A stretch of DNA of 64,000 nt, from positions 1 through 64,000 of the forward strand of contig CAVYRH010000005.1 of the NCBI GenBank assembly GCA_963770835.1, read 5' to 3'. The stretch is from an uncultured Pseudomonadota bacterium (lineage in GTDB: Bacteria > Oederibacteriota > Muellerivitia > Muellerivitales > Muellerivitaceae). The position numbers and the translations under genes are program-made. The notes under the pieces are model-generated. The model saw only the letters and a list, made by a program, of their open reading frames with translations, did not search any database and was not told where the DNA came from. Each line of letters begins with the position of its first letter. Within the stretch, counting starts at the first letter, position 1. Positions 19,554-27,704 of the stretch are shown one piece after another.

Positions 19554-19994
19554 TTGACGGTGAATCAAATCTCGAGAAGAGTTCTTTTTACCCTTATGGG
19601 CGGGGTGATATTGTCCGCTACCCTGGTTGTGCCCGTAGTCGGTGCGGATTCTGAATCCCCGGTTCGGGTGGTAACCGATTCCAGCTTTGAATCGTATGTC
19701 TTAAAGTCGATGAAGCCGGTATTGGTCGATTTTTGGGCCACTTGGTGCGGCCCTTGCCGCAAATATGGCCCGATTGTGGATCAAGTAGCGTCTGAATATA
19801 CGGGGCGCCTGAGAGTGGCCCGGGTGGATGTGGACCAAAACCCGAATCTTTCCCGGAGTTACGGAATACAATATATCCCTACTTCTTTTCTTATCCTTAA
19901 AGGGAAAGTGGTGCGAAGGTGGGTGGGGGTAGTTCCGGAATCGGAATTGAAAAAGGGAATTGAAGCCGAACTGAAGAAAGAAGGCCCACAATGA
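19554..19994 (+). CDS. Thioredoxin-like protein with an export signal peptide
   Basis: N-terminal SRRVLF + hydrophobic stretch + VGA cleavage-like site; DFWATWCGPC. Confidence 0.85.
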   Translation: MTVNQISRRVLFTLMGGVILSATLVVPVVGADSESPVRVVTDSSFESYVLKSMKPVLVDFWATWCGPCRKYGPIVDQVASEYTGRLRVARVDVDQNPNLSRSYGIQYIPTSFLILKGKVVRRWVGVVPESELKKGIEAELKKEGPQ

Positions 19995-20434
19995 AAAGAT
20001 GCATCCGTTACGCGTTTTTCCCGGCAGCCCTGGGGGTTTGCCTAGTGGTGGGGGCCTGCTCTCAATCCGGCAGCCAAGCTTCGGATGTCCCGGCCGTAAC
20101 GGATGGATCCTTTCAAAAAGAAGTCGTTGAATCGGATGTGCCGGTGTTGGTGGATTTCTGGGCTACCTGGTGCGGCCCTTGCCGCATGTACGGCCCTGAA
20201 GTGGATAAGGTGGCCAAGGAATACAAGGGGCGGCTCAAAGTTGTGCGGGTGGATGTCGATCAAAATCCCGGTCTTTCGAGGAATTATCAAGTCCGCGCTA
20301 TTCCTGCGTCATTCATTATTCAAAAAGGGAATATCCTTAAAAGCTGGGTTGGTTATATCTCGGAGGATGAGCTTCGGCAGCAGATCGATCAAACCCTACC
20401 CCCCGCTTCCAGCACGGCACCGTCCCACTCTTAA
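19991..20434 (+). CDS. Thioredoxin-like lipoprotein
   Basis: Basic N-terminus, hydrophobic core, lipobox VGA-C followed by SQSGS; DFWATWCGPC. Confidence 0.85.
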   Translation: MKRCIRYAFFPAALGVCLVVGACSQSGSQASDVPAVTDGSFQKEVVESDVPVLVDFWATWCGPCRMYGPEVDKVAKEYKGRLKVVRVDVDQNPGLSRNYQVRAIPASFIIQKGNILKSWVGYISEDELRQQIDQTLPPASSTAPSHS

Positions 20435-20552
20435 AGAAATCCCAAAATTAAATTTTGCTGACCGGGAAATCTTACGGCTTTTCCTCGAAGTCTCCCCTCC
20501 ACCCTGGGTCCCCTTGAGTCCGTTTTTTGGGCCATATTGGGGCAAGAATTCG

Positions 20553-20582
20553 TTGACAGTTTTTTGAACTTTTCCTTATACT
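20553..20582 (+). promoter_or_regulatory. Sigma70-type promoter for secDF
   Basis: TTGACA-N18-TATACT, 42 nt upstream of secD. Confidence 0.6.
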
Positions 20583-20624
20583 GCCACGGTTTTCTCAGCA
20601 TCCCTTCTCCGTGAAAGGTTCCGC

Positions 20625-21980
20625 GTGTCTTTCCAAAAATGGATGGCCCTTATCGTTATCATCATGGCCGGCGCGTCGCTTTACGCCATTTTCCTAAACA
20701 TCACAAAGGATGAACAGGATGAATGGCTTAAGACCCACAAAGAAAAAAAGATCACGTCCCTCAAACTGGGCCTGGATATCCAGGGTGGCCTGCAGATGAA
20801 TCTGGAAGTCGACCGCGACAAGATGCCTGGGAAGACCGACCAGGAGGTTTCCGACGCCGCCGACCGGGCGCTTGAAATCCTAAGAAACCGCGTGGATGGC
20901 TTAGGCGTGACCGAACCTGTCCTGGAACGGGAAGGCCTTTCGGGCATCGTCATCCAACTGCCCGGCTTGACCGACGTTAAGCGGGCCCGGGATATCCTTC
21001 TCTCCACCGCCCAGCTCCAATTCCGCCTTGTTTCCGACCACCTCCGGATTTCAGATTTTGTCGGAAAAGACGGCAAAGTGGATGTTTCAAAGCTTCCCCA
21101 GGGCATCACCTATCTTCCCGGCAAAGATAATTCCGACTACTTGTGCGAAAAGATTCTCCTGACGGGCGAATCCTTGACGGACGCCAACGTGGAAACGGAT
21201 ACCATGGGCCGTCCCTATATCGCCTTTAAACTCAACCCCGAGGGCGGCAAACAGTTTGGAATCATCACAGGAGAAAATATAGGTCGCTTGTTGGCTATTG
21301 TGTTGGACGACCGGGTTTATTCGGCGCCGAGAATCCAAAGCCGCATTCCAGGAGGCTCCGGCATCATCACCGGAAGCTTCACCGATCAGGAAGCCGCGGA
21401 CTTGGCCCTGGTATTGAAGGCGGGCGCTCTACCGGCACCCTTAAAAGTAACAAGTCAATTCGTGGTGGGCCCCACTTTGGGAGCGGATTCTGTCAAGAAG
21501 GGAACGATGGCCGCCTTTTACGGCTTGGTTCTGGTGCTTTTGTTTATGGGCCTTTATTACCGTCTGTCCGGTTGGATTGCCAATGCGGGTCTTCTGATGA
21601 ATATGATCTACTTGATGGGCCTTTTGGCGGCGCTGAAGGTGACCATCACCCTTCCGGGCATTGCGGGTATCATCCTGACTTTGGGCTTGTCGGTGGATTC
21701 AAACGTCCTGATTTTCGAGCGCATCCGCGAGGAACTGAGGTCCGGGAAGACGGTCCGTTCGGCGATTGACGCCGGTTACAAGCGGGCGCTGGAAGCCATC
21801 ATAGACACCCACGTGACCACGTTGATTTCGGCGGCGGTTCTTTTCCAGTTCGGCACTGGGCCCATCAAAGGGTTTGCGGTCAACTTGAGCTTGGGCGTGG
21901 CCTTAAGCTTGTTTACCGCCGTGGTCATCACCAAGATGATCTTTGACGCGCGGAAGGAATACCAGGGCCTCAGTATCTGA
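20625..21980 (+). CDS. secD: Protein translocase subunit SecD
   Basis: KLGLDIQGG; RVDGLGVTEP; VGPTLG; TLPGIAGIILT; VDSNVLIFERIREE. Confidence 0.96.
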   Translation: MSFQKWMALIVIIMAGASLYAIFLNITKDEQDEWLKTHKEKKITSLKLGLDIQGGLQMNLEVDRDKMPGKTDQEVSDAADRALEILRNRVDGLGVTEPVLEREGLSGIVIQLPGLTDVKRARDILLSTAQLQFRLVSDHLRISDFVGKDGKVDVSKLPQGITYLPGKDNSDYLCEKILLTGESLTDANVETDTMGRPYIAFKLNPEGGKQFGIITGENIGRLLAIVLDDRVYSAPRIQSRIPGGSGIITGSFTDQEAADLALVLKAGALPAPLKVTSQFVVGPTLGADSVKKGTMAAFYGLVLVLLFMGLYYRLSGWIANAGLLMNMIYLMGLLAALKVTITLPGIAGIILTLGLSVDSNVLIFERIREELRSGKTVRSAIDAGYKRALEAIIDTHVTTLISAAVLFQFGTGPIKGFAVNLSLGVALSLFTAVVITKMIFDARKEYQGLSI

Positions 21981-22006
21981 CCCTATTGCTGATTTGAAAG
22001 GCGAAT

Positions 22007-22960
22007 ATGTTTCAGTGGTTTAAGGAACCCAAAATCGACTTCATGGCCCCGCGCCGATTTTTCCTTGCGCTTTCCACGCTGGGATGCCTCGCGGGAGTTT
22101 ACGCCTGCGTCCTGTTGTGGCAGGGAAAAGCCAACTTAGGGACGGACTTTGGGGCAGGTGTTCTTTTGCGCTTATCCTCGGACAAGAGCGTGGAGATCGA
22201 CCAAATCCGGCAGGCCCTCAAAGGCGAGGGATATTCGGACGCCCAGATCCAACAAATCACCGACGAAACCGCCAAGGGCTCCAAGGTGATCATCAAGATC
22301 AAGTATGACCCCTCCAAGGCCGTCGGCAGCCTGGGAGACGAGATGGTTGGGGTTTTCAACAAGACCTTCACGGACGCTCATTTTGCCCTGGAAGGAAGCG
22401 ACGAGGTGGGTCCGGCGGTTTCTGAAAAATTGCGTCACGACGCTTTTACGGCTTTTTTTTGGTCCATGTTTGGAATCCTAATTTATATAGTATGGCGGTT
22501 CAAAAGGTTTGAATTTGGCGTTGCGGCAGTGATCACGACCATCCACGATGTCTTGGTCATTCTTGGCATTGTGGTGTTGACCCACCGGGAGTTCAACCTT
22601 TTGCAGGTAACGGCCCTCCTGACCCTGGCCGGTTATTCCTTGAACGACACGGTGGTTACTTTCGACCGTATCCGGGAAAACATGAAGTTCCTGGTCAAAG
22701 ACCAAAGCTTCCTGCAATTAGTGAACCTGAGCGTCAATGAAACCCTGAGCCGGACCATCAACACCAGCGGTACGGTCTTTTTAACTCTCCTGCCCCTTTG
22801 CATCATGGGGGGAGACACGCTTAAGGATTTCGCCCTAACCCTGCTATTGGGCGTGGTGGTGGGGACTTACTCCTCCATCTTCGTTGCCAGCCCCATTTTG
22901 GTAGAGTGGGACCTGATGACCAGGCATAAGCCGGCCCAGCCTCAAATGGTTTCAAAGTAA
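22007..22960 (+). CDS. secF: Protein translocase subunit SecF
   Basis: GTDF; VGP.VS; HDV; GYSLNDTVVTFDRIREN; GTYSSIFVA. Confidence 0.96.
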   Translation: MFQWFKEPKIDFMAPRRFFLALSTLGCLAGVYACVLLWQGKANLGTDFGAGVLLRLSSDKSVEIDQIRQALKGEGYSDAQIQQITDETAKGSKVIIKIKYDPSKAVGSLGDEMVGVFNKTFTDAHFALEGSDEVGPAVSEKLRHDAFTAFFWSMFGILIYIVWRFKRFEFGVAAVITTIHDVLVILGIVVLTHREFNLLQVTALLTLAGYSLNDTVVTFDRIRENMKFLVKDQSFLQLVNLSVNETLSRTINTSGTVFLTLLPLCIMGGDTLKDFALTLLLGVVVGTYSSIFVASPILVEWDLMTRHKPAQPQMVSK

Positions 22961-23023
22961 GCTAACTTTTTCCTGCCTTTCATAACGAACCTCCTTTCGT
23001 CCGCCTAAGGATGGTTAAAGCCA

Positions 23024-23701
23024 ATGGGATTTCACAACCGTTTCCATCAAGTCCGAACTCGCATCGCCGAAGCGGCGGCGCGGTCCGGACGAAAATCTGG
23101 TGAAATCACGCTGTTGGCCGTAACCAAGACCTTTCCGGTTGGAACCATTCGGGAAGCGTATGAGGCGGGATTGCGGGATTTCGGGGAAAACCGGGTCCAG
23201 GAAGCCTTGGTTAAAATCACTGAGCTTCCGACGGACATCCGGTGGCACCTTATCGGCCAGCTTCAAACCAACAAAATCAATAAAATAATCGAAAAATTTG
23301 TCTTGATTCATTCGGTGGACTCCCTTCATCTGGCGGAAGCCATTTCCAACAGGTTGGCAGAAGTTCCACAAGGCATCCTTTTGGAAGTGAACACATCGGG
23401 CGAGGAAAGTAAAAGCGGTGTTCGACCGATAGAAGCGGTAGTGGTTGCGGAAAAGATAAGCTCGTTGTCCAATTTAAAATTAAAAGGTCTGATGACCGTA
23501 GGGCCGTTGACAGAGAATGCCCAAATACAGCGGGATGCATTTAAAAGATTAAAAGACTTGTTTGATGAAGTTCGCCGAAAGAGTTGGGCAAGTCCGGATT
23601 TTTCCACCCTCTCGATGGGCATGAGCTCCGATTTTGAAATTGCCATTGAGGAAGGCTCAACGATGGTACGGGTGGGAACAGCCTTGTTCGGCGGCCGTTA
23701 A
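23024..23701 (+). CDS. yggS: PLP homeostasis protein (YggS family)
   Basis: LLAVTK; FGENRVQE; WHLIGQLQTNK; LSMGMSSDF; VRVGTALFG. Confidence 0.95.
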   Translation: MGFHNRFHQVRTRIAEAAARSGRKSGEITLLAVTKTFPVGTIREAYEAGLRDFGENRVQEALVKITELPTDIRWHLIGQLQTNKINKIIEKFVLIHSVDSLHLAEAISNRLAEVPQGILLEVNTSGEESKSGVRPIEAVVVAEKISSLSNLKLKGLMTVGPLTENAQIQRDAFKRLKDLFDEVRRKSWASPDFSTLSMGMSSDFEIAIEEGSTMVRVGTALFGGR

Positions 23702-23764
23702 TAATAAAGCTTTGAAAATAATTTACGGCAATTACAATAAGCTGAATTAAACGGAAGGATCGTC

Positions 23765-24586
23765 ATGAAGGTTCGGCAAAAAACCGTTGTTTTCGGAATT
23801 GGGGCCATGGGTAGCGCCCTGGTAAAGGGCTGGATTTCCTCCAAAATGATCGCTCCGTCCCTGATCACGGCGGTCGATGTCAATTTAGTTAAACTTAAGA
23901 AAACAACCTCACAGCTGAAAATCAAGCACGGTACGGATGCTGCTAAAGCCCTAAAAGGGGCCGGACTCGTCCTTGTGGCGGTGAAGCCCCAGCAAATGAA
24001 AGAACTTCTGACCCGAACAGGTCCCTGGTTTCCAAAGACAGTATTGGTTGTTTCCATTGCGGCAGGTGTTTCTACAGAACAAATTGAGAAGGGCCTTCCG
24101 CAAGGCTGTCCAGTGGTGCGGGTGATGCCGAATACCCCTGCCTTATTGGGAGCCGGCATGGCGGCAGTGGCCGGCGGTAAAAGAGCCAAGGAGTCCCACA
24201 TAAAATTAGTTTTAAATCTATTTTCAGCGGTTGGACGGGCAGTCAAAGTGGGCGAAGACCAAATGGACTTGGTGACGGCGGTATCCGGAAGTGGACCGGC
24301 CTATATCTTTCATATGGTAGAGGCAATGACCGAAGCGGCTATCAAAGGTGGCCTTGACCCGAAAACAGCTTTTCAACTGGTGGCCCAGACGGTTTATGGA
24401 GCGGCCCGGATGGTTTTGGAAACTGGAAAAACTCCCGAAGAATTGCGGGTTCAGGTGACCTCCCCGGGTGGGACGACCCAGGCAGCCTTAACAAAGATGT
24501 CGGAAAAGGGATTCAAGGAAACAGTGCAGGCGGCCATTGAAGCAGCCACCCGGCGTGGCGCCGAATTGCGCCAAATGTCAAATTAG
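23765..24586 (+). CDS. proC: Pyrroline-5-carboxylate reductase
   Basis: GIGAMG; AVKPQ; RVMPNTP; TAVSGSGPAY; VTSPGGTT. Confidence 0.96.
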   Translation: MKVRQKTVVFGIGAMGSALVKGWISSKMIAPSLITAVDVNLVKLKKTTSQLKIKHGTDAAKALKGAGLVLVAVKPQQMKELLTRTGPWFPKTVLVVSIAAGVSTEQIEKGLPQGCPVVRVMPNTPALLGAGMAAVAGGKRAKESHIKLVLNLFSAVGRAVKVGEDQMDLVTAVSGSGPAYIFHMVEAMTEAAIKGGLDPKTAFQLVAQTVYGAARMVLETGKTPEELRVQVTSPGGTTQAALTKMSEKGFKETVQAAIEAATRRGAELRQMSN

Positions 24587-24593
24587 GGGTGCT

Positions 24594-24887
24594 ATGGGTT
24601 ATCTGATTGCGGATATATCCTACTTTTTATCGTTCCTCTGCGATTTGGGCGCCTTTTTATTGATCTTAGATTGGATAGTACACGTCATGCCGGGAGCTTG
24701 GCTAAACCGGGTACGGCGGGGGATGTTTGAGGTTTCTTTTCCACTTTTAAAGTGGAGCGACCGATTCCTTTCCTTTCAATTGGATTCTTTTAATTCCCGA
24801 GGGCTTTTGACGGCCATTCTCCTTTTGGTGGTCAGTTGTTGCGGGATCCCATGGCTGGTGGTCCTCAGTTATTCCTTGCGGGGTTGA
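24594..24887 (+). CDS. Divergent YggT-like membrane protein
   Basis: Two hydrophobic segments; sits between proC and DUF167 as in the yggS-proC-yggT-yggU synteny; canonical motifs are degenerate. Confidence 0.55.
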   Translation: MGYLIADISYFLSFLCDLGAFLLILDWIVHVMPGAWLNRVRRGMFEVSFPLLKWSDRFLSFQLDSFNSRGLLTAILLLVVSCCGIPWLVVLSYSLRG

Positions 24888-24893
24888 TGTTGA

Positions 24894-25202
24894 TTGAATA
24901 ATTCGGCCGTTGTTGAAACCGAGGGAGGATGCCTGCTTTCGTTGAAAGTCATACCACGGTCTTCCCGGAACCAATTGGTGGGGGTTGAGCAGGGGGAGTG
25001 GAAAATCAAGCTGCAGGCCCCGCCGGTAGAGGGCGCGGCCAACGAGGCCGTCCTAGAATTTTTAGCCAAGTGTTTTAAGAAATCAAAGAGTTCATTGAGC
25101 TTGGTTTCGGGCCTCCAATCCCGACACAAGCGGGTCAAGGTATCAGGGATGAAGGCGACGGAAGTGTGGAATGCGTTGAATCAAACAATAAAGGGGAAAT
25201 AG
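24894..25202 (+). CDS. DUF167 (YggU/UPF0235) protein
   Basis: KVIPRSSRN; APPVEGAAN; SG.QSRHK. Confidence 0.9.
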   Translation: MNNSAVVETEGGCLLSLKVIPRSSRNQLVGVEQGEWKIKLQAPPVEGAANEAVLEFLAKCFKKSKSSLSLVSGLQSRHKRVKVSGMKATEVWNALNQTIKGK

Positions 25203-26030
25203 ATGGCTGAACTCTACGATCAAATCCAGGAATCTGTAAAAGAGATACGAACAATCACCCAGGTAACACCTAAAGTCGGGATCATCTTGGGAACAGGTTT
25301 GGGTGCCCTCGCCCACGAGATTAAAGACCCCAAAGTTATTCCTTACGGAAAAATTCCACACTTTCCACTGTCCACCGTGGAGTCCCACGCTGGGGAGTTG
25401 GTCTTCGGCAAACTAGGAAATACCCCGGTCGTGGCCATGAAGGGAAGATTCCACCGGTATGAAGGTTACACCCTCCAGCAAGTGACTTTTCCGGTAAGGG
25501 TCATAAAGGCCCTGGGTATCAAGTACCTTCTAGTGTCCAACGCCTGCGGCGGCATGAACCGCGCTTATCATCCCGGTGATTTGATGATTATTGAAGACCA
25601 TGTGAACCTCATGGGGGACAACCCCTTAATCGGCAAGAATGATGACCGGCTGGGGTCCCGTTGGCCCGACATGATCGAGTCCTACTCTAAGGAATTGATC
25701 GCACTTGCGGAAAAAATCGCTTGGGAAAAAAAGATTCCCCTCCGTAAAGGAGTCTATGTAGCGGTCACTGGACCCAACTTGGAAACAAGGGCGGAGTACC
25801 GATGGCTTTCAACCTTCGCTGACGTGGTGGGGATGTCCACGGTGCCCGAGGTTATCGTGGCGATTCACAGCGGCCTGAAAGTTTTAGGGATTTCGGTTGT
25901 GACCGACAAATGCGTGGCTGATACGCTGGAACCGGCGGACATCCAAAAGATCATTAAACACGCCCAGGAAGCTGAACCCAAATTAACGGTCCTTATGAAG
26001 GAAGTGGCTAGCCAATTGGAGAACAAATAA
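25203..26030 (+). CDS. Purine-nucleoside phosphorylase (trimeric PNP/MTAP family)
   Basis: GIILGTGLG; IPHFP.STV.SHAG; GRFHRYEGY; SNACGG; GPNLETRAE; DVVGMSTVPE. Confidence 0.93.
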   Translation: MAELYDQIQESVKEIRTITQVTPKVGIILGTGLGALAHEIKDPKVIPYGKIPHFPLSTVESHAGELVFGKLGNTPVVAMKGRFHRYEGYTLQQVTFPVRVIKALGIKYLLVSNACGGMNRAYHPGDLMIIEDHVNLMGDNPLIGKNDDRLGSRWPDMIESYSKELIALAEKIAWEKKIPLRKGVYVAVTGPNLETRAEYRWLSTFADVVGMSTVPEVIVAIHSGLKVLGISVVTDKCVADTLEPADIQKIIKHAQEAEPKLTVLMKEVASQLENK

Positions 26031-26032
26031 CT

Positions 26033-27094
26033 ATGGCGTCCACTCTAAGGCCGATTCATTGGAAAAAGGGCACCCTCTACCTTTTAGAACAACGCCAGCT
26101 TCCTTTCAAAGAGATCTGGGTGAAGTGTGACACGGTGGAAAAGGTGGCGCGGGCCATCGAGGATATGACGGTCCGTGGGGCTCCGGCCATTGGAATTACG
26201 GCGGCTTATGGAATCGCAGTGGCTGCTCTTCGTACCAAAACCGAATCTCCTGTAGTCTTTAAGCGGGAAATAGAAAAGGCCATTGCCCGGCTTCGGAAAA
26301 CCAGGCCCACTGCCGTAAACCTTTTCTGGGCTCTTGACCGCATGCATAAGCAAGTTGAAAAAATGTGGGGGGCGGTGCCTTTTGACCAGGCCCATTGGCT
26401 GGAAAGGGAAGCCATCGAAATCCACAAGGAAGATGAAGCCCTATGCCATCAGTTAGGGAAATATGGAGCCCAACTTCTTTCTAAATGCCGGAATGTGCTG
26501 ACCCATTGCAATACGGGGGCTTTGGCCACTGGTGGGGACGGGACCGCTCTGGCGGGTATCACTACTGCGGCTAAGAAGAACCGGAAACTCCATGTTTGGG
26601 TGGATGAAACCCGGCCTTATCTACAAGGCGCCCGCCTGACGGCATATGAGGTGGCTCATGCCCGGATACCCTTTCACCTTATTACGGACAACATGTCGGC
26701 TTCCTTGATGAAACAAGGGAAGGTGGATGCCGTTATTGTCGGCGCGGATCGGATCGTGGCCAACGGGGATACCGCTAACAAGATCGGCACTTATGCTTTG
26801 GCGGTTTTGGCTAAAGCTCACGGCATTCCTTTTTATGTTTCGGCACCCACCACGACATTGGATTTAACCAAGCGGACCGGGAAGGAAATCATTATTGAGC
26901 AAAGGAATTCCCGCGAAGTGACTCACCCCCAGGGTATCGCCATCGCTAAGGAGGAATACCCTGTTTACAATCCGGCTTTTGACGTGACTCCTGGGGTGTT
27001 GATTACCGCTATCGTGTTGGAAACGGGCATCTGCGGACAGCCTTATACTCGATCCCTCAAGGCGGCCTTGGCCAAAAGTAAGGACGTTTCATGA
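26033..27094 (+). CDS. mtnA: S-methyl-5-thioribose-1-phosphate isomerase
   Basis: VRGAPAIG; RPTAVNLFWAL; LTHCNTGALAT; ETRPYLQGARLT; NKIGTY; NPAFDVTP. Confidence 0.95.
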   Translation: MASTLRPIHWKKGTLYLLEQRQLPFKEIWVKCDTVEKVARAIEDMTVRGAPAIGITAAYGIAVAALRTKTESPVVFKREIEKAIARLRKTRPTAVNLFWALDRMHKQVEKMWGAVPFDQAHWLEREAIEIHKEDEALCHQLGKYGAQLLSKCRNVLTHCNTGALATGGDGTALAGITTAAKKNRKLHVWVDETRPYLQGARLTAYEVAHARIPFHLITDNMSASLMKQGKVDAVIVGADRIVANGDTANKIGTYALAVLAKAHGIPFYVSAPTTTLDLTKRTGKEIIIEQRNSREVTHPQGIAIAKEEYPVYNPAFDVTPGVLITAIVLETGICGQPYTRSLKAALAKSKDVS

Positions 27095-27507
27095 GTGGAG
27101 ATGCCCCGGGCACAAGCCCCTTTGCCGATGACCACTACTGCCTGTGCTGTGGCGAAAAAAATCCCCTCGGGTTTAAGATGAAGTTTCGGTATGAAGGCGA
27201 AAAACTTTTGTCGGAGACGGTGATTCCCAAGGAGTACCAGGGTTTTGCTGACGTGGTGCATGGCGGCATTCTGGGGACTCTTCTCGATGAACTCATGGTC
27301 AACCTTTATTGGCTGAAAGGGGAAAAGGCGGTTACGGCAGAGTACCAGGTGCGTTTGAAGGCCCTTTGTCCGGTGAACCGGAAAGTGCTTCTTTCTGCCT
27401 GGCATGTTGAAACCAAACGGAACATCCTTTTGACCGCGGCGCAAGCCCAGTTGGAGGAGGGAACAGTGGTGGCCGAGGCCACGGCCAAATGTATGAAAAT
27501 GAAGTAA
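27091..27507 (+). CDS. PaaI/hotdog-fold thioesterase
   Basis: C..CG.KNP.G; YQGF..VVHGGIL.TLLDE. Confidence 0.88.
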   Translation: MSGDAPGTSPFADDHYCLCCGEKNPLGFKMKFRYEGEKLLSETVIPKEYQGFADVVHGGILGTLLDELMVNLYWLKGEKAVTAEYQVRLKALCPVNRKVLLSAWHVETKRNILLTAAQAQLEEGTVVAEATAKCMKMK

Positions 27508-27593
27508 TGAAGGATTGCGGGAAGCAGGTTTCCTGTTAAACTGTTGGCGAGCTAGGCCGATATCGGCCATTATATTTCAAGGGAGGGTTCTGG

Positions 27594-27698
27594 ATGCCCA
27601 GCGGTAAAAAACGCCACCGTCAAAAAATGAAGACCCATAAACGCAAAAAGCACCGCAAGAAGATGCGGGCCTTGTTGCGCCGGCAGGGCCGGCTTTAA
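27594..27698 (+). CDS. 34-aa basic AURKAIP1/COX24 (bS22/mS38-like) small ribosomal protein, absent from the ORF track
   Basis: Translates to MPSGKKRHRQKMKTHKRKKHRKKMRALLRRQGRL*; GGGAGGG RBS at 27581-27587; matches the MPxGKKRKRxKMxxHKRKKRxxxxR pattern. Confidence 0.82.
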   Translation: MPSGKKRHRQKMKTHKRKKHRKKMRALLRRQGRL

Positions 27699-27704
27699 TA
27701 ACAT

